Assembly (NCBI GenBank): GCA_025201805.1
Contig: MU619300.1
Location: 85,832-149,831, forward strand
Length of the DNA stretch: 64,000 nucleotides
Direction of reading: 5' to 3'
Source: Parasitella parasitica NRRL 2501
Lineage: Eukaryota > Fungi > Mucoromycota
This document shows, piece by piece, positions 1 to 13,258 of this stretch (the first letter of the stretch is position 1; every line of letters begins with the position of its first letter). The position numbers and the translations under genes are program-made. The notes below the pieces were generated by a model. The model was not told the origin of the DNA. It saw nothing but the letters and a program-made list of their open reading frames with translations, and made no database searches.

Positions 1-1074
1 AAAAACCAAAGAGAACAGAACCCTGATGGGTGTCTTGCTAAAGGCAGGACGTATATTCATCGACCAATTTACAAAACACTCTGTTCCGTACTTTTCAAGC
101 GTTTTCAAAGAGCATTCACCTAGTATCCTTAGCATTTTCAAAGATTTACAATCTAGTACTCGAATGCTTCAGGTAAGAAAAAAAATAAGCGGTTTTGCTC
201 GAAAGATGTGTGTTTTTTTTTACAATTCATAGATTATATGCTCTCATGTTAAAGTGTTGAAGGATGTGTCTCAAAGTGCCTATGTACCGCCATTGAAAAA
301 GTCATTGGAAATTGTAATTTACCAGGTCAAGCTGGTCCTCATTGAAAACCGCATACCACAATCTGCATTTTTTATGGGTAAGCTGAGTCAATTGAATGAC
401 GACTTGATAGGGGAGCTAAAACTTGAGATTTTTAGGTGCATTGAAACATAGAGATATTCATGGCGCTGAAGTGTCATCACAGGTGATAATGATTGTCTGC
501 GCACTTTTTACCAAGAAACTGATAATGGCTCTAGATTCCAAAGGACCTCTCAGCATCTTCAGAAGAAGAACAAGATGAAATTGTTGATGAAGGCGTAGAA
601 TTGCAAGCAATCGAAGAGGAGGATGAGCAAGAAGAAGAAGATGAGACTGATTCCCAGGAGAAGAAGCATAAAAAAGCCAGAAAATCGGCCGCTCCCAAAC
701 GCAAAAGAAATAGCAGTGCAATCCGAAAACAAAAAAGTGTCCAAATTACTTACCGTACATCGAGCGTTGTGCCTTCTTCATCTGATGAAGACAATGGAGA
801 GCCTGAATACAAAAGAAAGAAAGCTACTAGAAAAGCACAATGCCAAGTTGAGGATGAGAGAGAAGAGGAGGAAGAGGGCGTGATTGTATTTACTGATGGC
901 GACCTTCAATCTGATGAAGATGAACCCATGGACGATAAAGAAGTATTACCGCCTTCTCTATCACCTTCGCCCTCACCATCGCCTCCACCTCCACCTATAA
1001 AGAAGCAATCTGCACCTAAGCGCGGCAGTCTTGGTTTATCGAAATCTTCCAAGACTTTCAATCTAAGTAAATAA
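1..1074 (+). CDS. FANCD2: Fanconi anemia group D2 protein, 3' part (5'-truncated by window; exons ~1-172, 233-377, 436-482, 535-1074)
   Basis: Spliced translation LKAGRIFIDQF...LQSSTRMLQIICSHVK...VPPLKKSLE...FFMGALKHRDIHGAEVSSQ matches the FANCD2 C-terminus (LKYGR.F...VPLLKK.LE...FW.GNLKNRDLQGEEI.SQ). An acidic/basic tail follows. GT-AG introns are visible. Confidence 0.8.
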
Positions 1075-1242
1075 ATGCTTCAATATGTATCGCAATGGTG
1101 CGATGTGTATAATTAAGATCTTTACTGTCTCGGTGCTTCGCATCTGTAGTCATGCATCTGTAGTCAAAGTATCATATCTAAATTGGGGAAAAAAGAAAGA
1201 AAAAAAAAAAAAGTCTTTGATAACTACATATGAATCTCATAT

Positions 1243-2959
1243 TTAGTTTGCTTTATTCCTTTTATAAAAACATGAGGGTATAGTTGTATGCATCGAATGA
1301 TTCCTTGATTGTTTCGGGAAAATGTAACGCTTTAAACAGTGAGCAAGAGCCAGTAGAACAATCGCAAACTTAAGCCATAAACTGTTATATTATGATTAGT
1401 TGTCTATGCATCTAAGTAGCCTTCTTTTCATCGAATCTGATTGCTTACCAATATTCCAATGAGCTGACTGATGAAAAGGCTAATGTTTGTTTCTTCAAAG
1501 ACATGGTCTGGTCTCCATGATGTGATTGAGCAGCTTCATTTTCAAATGATAGAGGAGACATAATAATCAAGCATAGAAACATGGCCATGAATGCTTTGTT
1601 GCCGTTGTTTTCAGTTGGTGTGTTTGTGTTGGATCGAGATTCGTTGCTGCCAGCAGTAGTTTGCTGCTCTTCCTGGACACCTGTAAAGATTGCGGTGTTA
1701 CGGCCGTTCTTTTTAGCTCTTTTACGATGTGGTCTTCGCGCGGCTTTTGGCAACAGTTCAGCCAAAGCCGCTCTCTGAGCCGCTCTTTCGCGCAGTATCC
1801 TTTGGTGTTCGGCTCTTTCCTGCTCCATTAACTCTTGTCGTTCAGCTAGCACTCTCTGCTCTTCTGCTTGCTGGAAATCTTGTTTTTGAGCTTGAAAGCG
1901 ATCCAAGGCCTTGGCACCACCCGGCATCTGAGCCAAGATTTGCTGCAGCACTTGGTTTTCACGTTCTGCCAATTCGTTGCTATGCTTTAAATGATGAATG
2001 TATTCAGTGGCTTTAAGTAAAATGGTGGCCTTATTGAGTTTTTTGGCGACTTCTACGCCTTCTACAATATCGACTGGGTTGGAGGAGACAGCGCCATCAT
2101 CATCATCAGATTCGGCAGCTTCATCTTCGTCATCTCCAGCATTACTCGAGCTAACACTCTTTTTTCTCCCTCGGATCTTGGCCTTGTAAAGCACAGGTAC
2201 AACGTTCTTCAAATCGCGGATACGGTCGTTAATATTGTTGCGATAACGGCGCTCAATGGCATTATGAGCTACTTTTTTCAGCTGGCGACCTGTTTCGACA
2301 GGAGAATTGCGACGAGTGGAGCGAGCCGCGATGGCGGCAACAGCAGCAGCGACCATATTAGATGTGTTGCTACTGACAGAATCGCTACGATGGCTCTTTC
2401 TCCCATGACGAATTTCGTGGCAATCTTCTTTTGGAAATTCAGAGACGACTACGTTCGTAAAACGTTAATTAAGCGCGTATTTTTAGTGGCATGATTGCTC
2501 TGTACCTTTATTTTCGCTGGTTGATTTTCGCCATTGATCAATTACAGCATATGCGTTTGCAAGTTGAGGAGGAGATGTCGGAGATACAGTTTTAGACGGT
2601 TCGGAAGTAGAACAGGGTGAGTTTGCTTCAGTTGAATGCAATGATGCGCGGGATTGAGGTGTACCAGGGAAGATAGCATCAGACATCGGTGTAGGAAAAT
2701 TAGTGGCATTGCTTGCCATAATGGTGGTAATGGGTGGTACACTGGCTGCTACAGCGAAACAATGACCAGATGTGACGGTAGTAGCTGATAGCTGCTCAGA
2801 ACAAGCAATACTATAGTTGCAATGTCCATGTGGGTGCCGTGCTGAGTAGAAACGACCAGGACTTGACAGACTGGGTTGACTGACCATGTCTAGAGTGGAA
2901 ACAGGAGTATGCTGATGTAGCATTTGTTGCTTTGAACACCAATTGAGCTCCTGGATTGG

Positions 2960-3019
<60 letters not shown>

Positions 3020-3205
3020 GTGTAGGTAATATTGATGCTGCTGTAATTGAGCAACAAAAGGAGGGGCCCCAAATCGATGGGGTAGTGTAGGATGAATAAT
3101 TTTCCCGTAGTTTGACATCTGTTGCTGGTGATTAGGATGCAGTGAGCTGGAGGTCACATCGAAATACGTATCGAAGTCTAAATCTGGCATTTCTTGTTGA
3201 AGCAT
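1243..3205 (-). CDS. SREBP-family bHLH-ZIP transcription factor (3 exons, two C-terminal TM segments)
   Basis: bHLH HNAIERRYRNNINDRI carries the SREBP-diagnostic Tyr; helix 2 is KLNKATILLKATEYI. Hydrophobic segments are AFMAMFLCLIIMSPL and, after the last intron, LWLKFAIVLLALAHCL. PolyQ N-terminus. Confidence 0.85.
2963..3016 (-). repeat. (CAG)18 coding microsatellite (19-Gln tract)
   Basis: Perfect ctg run on the + strand inside SREBP exon 1. Confidence 0.95.
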
Positions 3206-4569
3206 TGCGTTTTCCTGGCAAGCGACTTGATCAGCTTGTTAAATGAAATAATAAACAAGGAAGAAAAAAAAAGCCAACGCCAAAAAGAGGGGAAATATAG
3301 ATTCAATACGGAAATCAAGACATTGTTTCAGCATGAAAGTGGCATGTTGTTTTGGAAAAAGGGTCATGTCAATAGCAGCATTTCTTACATTACAAGTAGA
3401 AAAAAGCTTAGAGCAAAGAGTACTATACACAGGCAATGAATTTCATGATTCTTGTCTACATTTCAGGTCATTTACCAAGATTCTTTACGTACATTGTGTA
3501 TATTTTTTTTTTGCGTATACGCTATTTTAAACCAGACATTGTATTCGGAAGCATTTTGAAATAAAAAAATAAAAAAATCACTCTTATTTACAAAATACCT
3601 TTGAAACTTTTAAAATATAGAAATTTTGAAACAATTCAGAGGATGAAAATGCTATCAATAACTGTGATATTGAATAATACATTGTTTTATGCCACTAGAC
3701 TTGATGCAAAATAAATATATCAAATTAAAAGGCCTGTGGTACGTTCAAAGTTACAGACATTAATGCAATGCCATGTAGAGTGCTTAAAATCAGCTATCTA
3801 TGATATTGATCTTTTTCAATCCCCAATTAGCCGTTTGAACCGAGAAAAAAAAGAAAGGAAGTTTATCATGTCATTCAAGCTACTACAGTATGCTTAAAGT
3901 TAAATTAAGTTTCCAGAGCAATATACGAGGATCACAGTTATTCAACGTATATATGTCACCCATCCAGATGATATTTTAAAGCTAATAGTGGTTACCAATG
4001 CCAAAGATTTGGGAAGGGATACTTTTTTTTTTTTTTTTTTTTTTTTCTAAAAATAAAGCGCGGCTGTACTCAACTAGATATCAACTCACACTCTTCTTCC
4101 TGAGAGGTGTCCTCAGCATAGCGACTTTGGAAAGCAGCAGTAGTGCCAGCAACAATATGGAATATATAGAAAGGCTGTCCATTAATCGCAAAACGGTAGT
4201 TGGTCTTCGATAACTTGAAAATGGCAGTGATGGCGTCAAGTGCGGGCCCAGATGGCCCAAGGAAGATACTTGGTCGCGTTTCTAAAATCCATTTGCGTTT
4301 TACTGACATGGAATCATAAATATGTTAACGGTTTCACATGAATAAAATAAAACTAATGAAAGAGGCAAACATTGTATCTGGTACTGCTGTTATGACATAT
4401 ACTTTTAACAAAAAAAAAGGAACTTTGCTAATATACCAAACTCTTATTGCATTTTATCAATTGAAAATCAATAAGCGTCAATTCTGAATAAACAATGAAA
4501 AAATCAAAAATATTAGGTGTATTACGTGAGCACAGACTCTTTGAACAGAGCAAGTCGGGCGATACATTT

Positions 4570-6555
4570 TGCAGTTTCTGAAAAAAATTCAAGTAAACGA
4601 TAAAGGTCATGGTGATTGTGATAATATACATTAGGGCTTCTGGTAATAAACCTTTTATTTCTAATAAAAGCCAAAAAGAGAAATGTCTCCGTAAAAAGAT
4701 TTCTCTCCGTATTTAGAGAAAAAGAGCAATTGCTTTCTTTCATTCATAGTGAATATACAAAGAGAATGTGTTGTAAAATAAGCTATCTACATCATATCTT
4801 TAAGTTCAAGTAGTCTTTAAAAAAGATTACGGTTGTCTATTGACAAACATCAGTGATTCAGGGTGTTAGTGTGTCTGTTGACTATGGATCAAAAACCTTT
4901 AATTGGATTCAAGAACGGAGAGTATAGTTGAAGATAAACACATTTATGTCCTTAGGATTCCATAAGTTTCTATACAGACAGTTTTTTTTATGTGTACGCG
5001 TTATATTCTGGTGGCTGTTTGTTTGCTCTTCTCTGGCAGTTTCTTGTACCTTCAATTGATTTGGCGTCTTCTAGTGTATAAGGTCATGTCAGATATATAC
5101 CAAGCTTGGCTCCCTATATCCAATTGCACAGTAGAATAGCCATCCTTTCCATAACATTAGAAAGGTACAAAAGTGTGCGTAGATTTCAGGCGCCTGATTT
5201 TATTTTATTTTTTGGTCTACGCGAACTTCAGTGTGTTGTTGTCAGAAAAGAGACAAAAACTGTAAGAAAACAATGTTTAGCGATCTCAAACACTAAAAAA
5301 AAAAAGCAATGCAAAGTAATGCATTAGATTATAAGGCACCTTTTGATTACAAATTTGCATAGCTTAGAGCAAGTTTTTATGCTCTCTGAGTTGAAAACAG
5401 ATGAAGACAACGACTTTTCTGACTTTTTTCGGAAAAGTATTTTTCAAAATCGGAGCGTGAGATCATCAGGTCCGTTACAGATATGCAAGTGCTATCATTA
5501 GAAAGCCAAGAAGCACAAAATTTGAATAAATTAAATTGCAACTGTTTTTCTCTTCAATTGGGCAAGCTATGGCTTCTCAAAGCTCAAAAATCACTATTTT
5601 TCTTGGATAGCGGAGATTAATGTGTCCAAAACAAGGAAGGAAAAATTCTTTCAGATACTCCATTTGGACAATTTGAGAACAAAATTACTTTTTTCAGGCA
5701 AGATATCATCTTCGGATACTATGCATACCACGGCTGTCGTTCTATGATAATAGTTGTAGTTCTGGGCGCTCTACACGATGGTATCATTTCATAATCTCCA
5801 TATGTTCATGGAAGGAATTCTGTCGAAAAAACCTCAAAATCAGATCAAGCGAGAAAAGTCAATATTTTGCTTAATCAGAGCGCATCTCCAGTCTTTCAGA
5901 TCAAGGAATGGTCTTTTGCGACCATTTTCCTCTAATATATGCTATAGTAAAAAGTTTTATTTTTGAGGTCAAAATTGAGGATAATGCATAACTGATGATT
6001 TTGGATGTGTGGATACAAGGAAAAAACTGAAAAAAATCGGTCATTTTGCATCGAAAAAAAAATCATGCTCAAATTGCACCAAAATCATATATAATATTGT
6101 TTTTTCCCAATGGATACTATTTCCGGTGTAATCAGGGCACTTTTGACTATCAAAATCAATCAATAAATGGCACAGGAAGCTCAAGTTTTTGCTTTTAAGC
6201 TGTAAAAAAATATCTATCTGCAGATGATATCACGCCAATGTCAATTCTAATACATGACACAGCTCTATAAAGTAAGTATTCTTGATGCCACAAGTATACA
6301 TTTCTTCATAGTAGTATGGCAAAACAGGTATGGCTCATCGAGTTGGAAGCAAAAGAGGATAATTAATGAACCCAATGTTTTTTCTGTAATAACCCCTTGC
6401 TATTTGTGAATAATTACCAAGTTGCCAATTGCTAGTGGCAGAGAGGCCCTATTACCATTGTTGCTTATATAAATGATAAATTTCAGTTCTAGAGTTCCTT
6501 TTTTTTTTGTAATTTCAATGCTAAACTTGTAAAAATAGAAGGTAAAATTGAGGGT
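4570..6555 (+). repeat. ~2 kb non-coding repeat, left copy (inverted relative to 26330-28370)
   Basis: Reverse complement aligns to 26330-28370. 5778-5966 vs 27090-26902 differ at 5 of 189 nt; the edges are more diverged. Boundaries are approximate. Confidence 0.9.
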
Positions 6556-6699
6556 AATTTTATTAACAAAAGTTAGGCTTCATAATAAACTTCTCGTAGA
6601 TTTCAAGTTCCAGGCACTGTATTATCCAATTCTGAACAGGGGATAATTCGCTATACCAAGCACATTTTTGTATACCAACCCGTCTGTTTTAACGATCAA

Positions 6700-8040
6700 G
6701 CTGACGGAATATTTGATAAGAATGTGTATCGTTCGGATCTGGGGGCCGGAAAATACACCATCATTGCAGTAATGGTGCAAATGCGTCAGAAGCATTGGAT
6801 GCAGTGGTTGGGATGATGCATCCACAGACACTAAGGATATTGTTAAAGAACAATATGCCAGAAGAGAAAGAGACTAGCCCGCAATGAGAAGACCACATAC
6901 TGGGTTTGGCTTGGAATTACGAATGTAATATAGTACCCTGTATTGAGGAAGAAGAGGCATACGTTTCTTGACGTACAAGTGAATCAAGGGAACGGGTCCT
7001 AAGATTACGTACAAGTTGACTACGAGTGGACATGTCGCAAAGAAATTGGTAAGGCCGCGGCAGTTGAGTGATCCAGTATTAAATTTAAGAAGTATCGGGG
7101 GTTGTTGAAGTCGTGTTAGGAAAGTAAGCCGAGTCTATGGATATATAAATCGTATAGTTATTAGTAATAGGATCTAACAAATTCATTTTATTATGATTCT
7201 TTTTCAAAGCAACAGTGAGTTAAAGAAGAAGGACGTATTGGAAGCGAATTTGTCTGAAACCAGGCATGATGAGTGTGGGTAGGTTCGTGAACGTTCACAA
7301 CATCAGTAGAAGGGTCCGTAGGAAAAGATTCAGAGGCAACTGTCAATGTGACTGATATAGAAGTAGCATCCACGACAGTGAGAGAGGCAACAAGAGGTAG
7401 AAGCAGTAATGATCGCAGCGGGAGAGGTTGGGGAAAGCCCTGATGCATTATTAGCGAAAGGATAGAGGGGAGAACGACCCCCTGCTCAATGGCTCGTTTC
7501 CCGAAGAAGCTTTTCGCTTCTTACCACGCTTTTGCTGATCTTCATATATTACGGCGGGGACATTGCTTACGAATGTGGCCCTTGCATTCACATAAGCGAC
7601 AATTGACACTTTGAATAAGCGAACAGGGCAATCAACGAAGGTGCGGTCGACTGAGTGACATAGTAGTGAGGGTACGAAGGCATGGCTGCCCAAGTGGCAC
7701 AAATAAGGATCTAGTCAAGATTCGTGGTCAATGAATCATTGGTAGACGAGTAGTCCAATGGACGGTAGGCCCATTCCACTCGGTGAGGTAGTTTAGGTAT
7801 ATCTTGCTGGGCCGCTAATACAACGTAACCCTCACCAGAGTAAAGACTGGCCAAATCAGTTACGAAGCCACAACCAGTAGCAGAACTACATTCTTAATAA
7901 TTTTCTTGCATGCCAGAGTGAAGATTGTTCCTGGCGACCGTAAAAAAAAGGCCACTTTCACCGTGGCAACGAGGATTCAGGGATGTAGCCATAACACTCG
8001 ATTTCATGGAGACACCTGAGAAAAATTTTGACCATAGCTT
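6700..8040 (-). mobile_element. Degenerate L1/Tx1-like LINE 5' part (ORF1 zinc knuckle and start of ORF2 endonuclease)
   Basis: Minus strand encodes the CCHC knuckle CRLCECKGHIRKQC (~7560-7601) and APE-endonuclease starts SLNCRGL and QETYAS...SMWSSHCGLVSF. Stops and frameshifts are present. Confidence 0.7.
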
Positions 8041-8729
8041 TTTTGTTTGTTGAAAAATCACTTCTTCAGACCTTGCAAAGCACCGTTTGATTCTTTAGCG
8101 GAGGAAACCATGTTTGCAAGTACCATCTTCCTTAACAGATGTAAATGGGTCCTGTAGAACACTCCCGTATTACAAATAAGGGATTCCCTTTATACCAAGA
8201 GCGAAAATCAGTGCAAGATAGCTTACATTACCGAAATTTTACGGTGAAACCACTTTTGAAATGAAATTGTGAGGATCAGGTTTTCACTGATAAAATGCAC
8301 AATGTCGTGGATTCCATTACTCACCTCGTACATGCGGCAATTTTATTCGTGAACTACTATTTGCGTCGTTTGTTGGAAGAGAAGAACATTCCACCGTTGG
8401 CCCCAAACTACTTGTAAAATTGCTTTGCGTTATTTGCATATCAAGGCAAAAATGCTCCTACCTTACGTCAAGCAAACAGTAGCTGATTTCAAGAGTTCCT
8501 GAGTGGCCCAATGATTTGGACGAATTTTTAAAAAGACACAACACAGTGCTATCTCAATTGTGTCAATATTATGCCAATATGAAAAAGACATTGCCAATTA
8601 TGTTGCAAAAATTTATGAATCCGTGACAATCAAGCACTTTACTCATTTAATATCAATACTAGTGGTGATTCCTCTATAGATATTTTATTGAAAAATAGAA
8701 AAGCTCTTGCTTGTTTTGTTTACCAAGTA

Positions 8730-9260
8730 AAGATTGAAAGAGCATCTTGGCCACCATCGGTGGAAAAAACAGTTACAACAACAGATGGTGTACATTGATT
8801 GCTCAATCATTGGAACGAAGCTGGTGGAGGCTTTCCTATCCCTACAGACCCAAACTTATATGCACGATCACATCAATTTTCGGGATGGATTCGCCGGATT
8901 CAAGGAAAAGTACAAGAGGAGCCGTATATAATGGAGAATGTGCAACTAAAGTTTGCCTCAAAGAGTTTCTCTACAGAAAATTGCCAATTGCTGTCAACAA
9001 AAAGAATGTTGCAAGATTCTGCTGTCGGCTGTCGTGTTGGACCCGTGAAAAGTTTTGAGGAGGCGATATTCAAAAAAGCCTTCAACAGCAGAGACCGCTT
9101 GATATTGTTTTCAATAGATGAATACATGAGAAGTCAAGTAAGCAATGTATACATGCAAAAGAAACTCCATGATGCCTATAATCAAGCCGGATCAACTGTT
9201 CATTCTATTTTATATTGTCCTAGTTGCAAAATTTACCAACAGCTCAACAACAAAGCATGA
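8730..9260 (+). mobile_element. Degenerate Fanzor/TnpB-like C-terminal fragment
   Basis: LILFSIDEYMRSQV...VHSILYCPSCK resembles the Fanzor RuvC-II IDEYxTSQxC plus zinc-ribbon CxxC. Upstream GGK and F.DG-like pieces lie in shifted frames. The final RuvC-III NRD motif is not recognisable. Confidence 0.45.
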
Positions 9261-10169
9261 AAAATCTCTTTGCTGGCAATTGAACAAGTACTTTATCACA
9301 ATAGAATGTATTTACGGTCGTTTGATTTTATCATATACTCATTGTAAGTGCACGCGATACCTGTTCTGATATATATGTTTACGAAAATTGATTTACGCAT
9401 GACATATTTTAGAGCTTATTATATGACAACTGGATAGATTTCCAGAATCGAATATCTATTTTGAGGAACTCGCTTGCTGTAAAATCATTGGTGGCTATAC
9501 AGAAAACTCGAACCAAGGGACACTTGAGGTTGATTAACACCCATCTAATCTTTTGTTTCTCTTCCACTCCAAAAGGAAACCGAGTGCAAATTGAATTAGG
9601 ACACATGCAAAATTATGTAGATAATTGAAGTTATGGCATTTCAAAAGCAAACTGGGATTTATCGAAGTTACCAATGAAAACAGAGGTGATGATATCATTT
9701 TTGTAACCATGGTAGCGTCCCACAAACGTGGAGATTTGGCAGAAAACTGACGTATTATGATACACAGAATTCTAATACAGTGGCATTAAATGGCGATCTT
9801 TACCAAACTAGTGCGACGCACAATTACCACTATGAGGTAAATACTTCCATTTTAAACATAATCTGTCAAATAAATAAGACATTGTAGACTCAAAATTCTG
9901 TTTGCTGAACTGCCAATTACGAATGGAAAATTAAAGCCTTCGACCAGCGTTCTTCAACGTGTAACATGACGTATAAGAAAGAAGCGAAGTTTCAGTTTTT
10001 TCGCAGTGTATCGACGATATATACCCAATATAAATGCACTTCTCCGTCTAAACCTTAAAAAAAGGAAGCCTCATTCGGAAAAAATTCAAAAACCGTTTGG
10101 AAGACATTTATAAATGCACTGGTTGTTCATAAACTTTCATCAAACTTTCTTTCTCTTTTAATTCGCAAA

Positions 10170-11972
10170 ATGTCCAACGAAAACATTAGAGGTACAGCCG
10201 ATCTCTCAAAAATTCGTAGCAAATCGTACGACCTTCCAAGACTTAGACCCACAAGTGGGGCCCGTCAAGCCAGCCATGCTCATTTTGCTGACATTATCGA
10301 AGACGAAGGCGCTCCTACTTCTCGTCCCAACTCTGAAGCTATCACTACTATGCCCAATCACATCCTCCGCCCTCATTTCGACGAATCTAACAGAGTTAAT
10401 TCCACTGGTAATGTACGCATAGCGCCCAGACCCAAAATTTCAAGCAGAACCACTTCATTTGCCTCTGTTGCTGCCAAAAGAAAGTCTATAGCTAGAACTA
10501 TTTCCTCTCTTTCTTTGTATAGCAATTTCGCAGGCGAACGTTTAGATGACAACTATCGGGGTCCTGGATCACGTCGCAATAGCCTCGCAGACGCAGAGAA
10601 AAGACAAAGCTACATCTCGCAAAAATCTTCAATCCACAAGCATGAGGAATCTACTGTGGGCGACGAAATGGTGGAGGACATTGAAGATGCAGCGCCTAAG
10701 GCTTCTGTTGGGAAGGCCATGTTCATGTTTCTCAAAGCGTTCATTGGATCTGGGGTGCTATTTTTGCCTAAAGCGTAAGTTTATTGTGCTCGGGCGGGCG
10801 GAAAAATATGCGGGAAACTAACTCATTGTAGGTTTCAAAACGGTGGTCTAGCACTATCGATTGTATTGATGGTTGTCATTGCCGCTATTTGTTTCTTTGC
10901 TTTCCTGAGATTAGTGAATACGCAAAAAGTAATTGGTGGGTCTTATGGTGATATGGGAGGTCTGCTTTTTGGCCAACCCCTTCGTTTCACTGTCTTGTTC
11001 TTTATCGTTATCTCTCAAATTGGCTTTGTTTGCTCTTATTTCATCTTCGTATCCGGCAATCTTCTTAACGCTGTCAATGTGCTTTCAAATTGCACCGCCG
11101 GAATCGAGCAAAAATATTATGTTTGGATGCCCCTTGCTATTTTGATTCCACTTGCGTTGGTTAGACATATTGCAAAGTTATCTTTTACTGCCATTATTGC
11201 GGACGTCTTTATCTTGTTTGGCCTAGTTTGCATCATTTACTTTACTGCTGATCAATTGGCTCATAGTGGCGTTGGTCCCAACGTTGCGGCTGTCAACCCT
11301 GCCAACTTTGCCCTTATGATTGGTACTGCGACATTCTCATTCGAAGGTATTGGTCTTATCATCCCCATTGTCGAATCTATGGAGCATCCTGAGAAATTCC
11401 CCTTTGTGCTCACTCTGGGCATGGCTATTGTTTGTGTTATTTATATTTTAATCGGAACCATCTCATATCTGGCATACGGTGATACTATACAATCTGCTGT
11501 CATTTACAATTTTCCTCCTGACAACAACCTCACTATCGCTGTTGAACTGCTGTATTCTTTGGCTATTTGCTTAACTGCCCCCTTGATGCTTTTCCCTGCT
11601 TTAAAAATTATCGAAAATGGACTTTTCCGTAAATTCAGATCCGGTAAGGATAGTCTTCGCGTAAAGTGGTCCAAAAATGTATATAGGACTGCCTTGTGCG
11701 TACTCTGTGCCGCTATTGCTTTTGGTATCGGTGGCGATAATCTGGATAAGTTTGTCTCGTTAGTTGGCTCTGTCGCTTGTGTTCCTTTGTGCTTCATCTT
11801 CCCTGGCATGTTCCATTATAAGATTAGTAAGTCAACTGTGGACAAAATCCTCGATTCTCTTTTGATGATCTTTGGTTTGGGCATCATGATTTATACTTTG
11901 TATGTTTCAATTGACTCCTTTATTAATCCTGTATCCACTGGCGAAGCACTTGCGCCTTATTGCCCTGCTTAA
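10170..11972 (+). CDS. Aa_trans family (Avt3/Avt4-like vacuolar) amino-acid transporter, one intron ~10775-10831
   Basis: FLKAFIGSGVLFLPKA, FSFEGIGLIIPI, LDKFVSLVGS motifs; about 11 hydrophobic segments. Confidence 0.9.
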
Positions 11973-12175
11973 ATATCCTTTATATTTCCCCTTCTCCTAA
12001 ATATGCATATATGTATGTTGGCGCTTTTGTATTCATGCGAAATCAAGAAGCATTCTTTTTTTGTAAATATACCATATAAATAATGTAATCTTTTAATAAA
12101 ATTTTTCAATCTTGAAACAATATACTCAATTTCAGGCTAGATCCGTGCTATAAACAAATGGTTTTTATGGGACCT

Positions 12176-13258
12176 TTACAAGCGAGCACGGAAATAATCG
12201 CCCAGGGCCACCATCACCAAAGTTTGCCAAATGCCAAGACCAATGCGAGGTACGACGCCTCTGTAGAAGCCTTTGAGGCCATTCTTGCTGTAAATATATT
12301 TGGTTGCAGAGCCGATCGTCATTTTCTCAGGGCGCCCTTCAGTCCTTAGCTGACTTTGCATTTCAACGCGAATAACTTCAAGTGGTTGATTCCAGCAAGA
12401 CAACGCACCTGCAGCAATAGATGCCAAAGCTTTATCTATACCATCAGCTACACCTTTTTCTCCATGTCTTGCCTTTACAATGGCTTCCTGTGCAAATCTT
12501 GCAATGCCAAATCTAGAAGCCCAATTGGTACATTGGCGAAGTGCAACTGCGTTTACACCTTTATTGATGCCTGCAAACCCCTCCCTTCTATAGATATCTG
12601 CTGCAATCTTAAAAGTAGACTCAGTGCCAGCTGATAGGAGTGTTAGGTGCGATGATTACTACTACTCATTTCACGTATATACCTGATTTTTGTCTAGTCA
12701 CTTCAACAGTCTTCATAAATGTACAAAACCCCATGGTACTGTAAGCTTGAGCAATGCCACCACCCATCCCGCCAATAATACCAGCCTTTGATAGAGCATA
12801 TCAATTATATAGGTTTATGCCTAGCAATATTAACTTACCATAAATGGAGATGCACCAGCTACAGAAGCTCTGTACTCTAATTCTGAGGCAGTGAATAGTA
12901 ACACAGCGCCTTTGGTACTTGCTTCAATCCAAGCCCATGGGATGAGGCCTTGGTAGAAGCCAAAAACACCACCACGACCATAAATGGCCTTTAATCCCTC
13001 CCACATAGGCTGTCCGCGGTTGGCTGCCATTTGTGTCTTGATCACTTCAAAAGGCTGACCTAACGTTGAGGTCTCGAATAAATTCAAACCTGTTTTTGAT
13101 TGGAATTCACACGTCTTGTAAATGCCAATTCACATACGCTAGTAAAGAGCCTACATACCTGCACCAAGCAGCAATGTTTGATATGAGATTGGCTTCTTTT
13201 CAGCAATAGTTTTGTTAGAGAGAGGAATCACAGCAGTGGGTAACTTTGTAGTTGACAT
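12176..13258 (-). CDS. YHM2: Mitochondrial citrate/oxoglutarate carrier (4 exons)
   Basis: [50 protein letters not shown] and [14 protein letters not shown] closely match yeast Yhm2. Confidence 0.9.

Noticed and set aside
4070-4309. 79-aa ORF upstream of SREBP
   Set aside because: No recognisable motif or convincing gene structure.
5778-5966. 62-aa ORF duplicated at 26902-27090 as a real gene pair
   Set aside because: All 5 nucleotide differences change amino acids and the peptide has no recognisable features; it is a chance ORF in a non-coding repeat.
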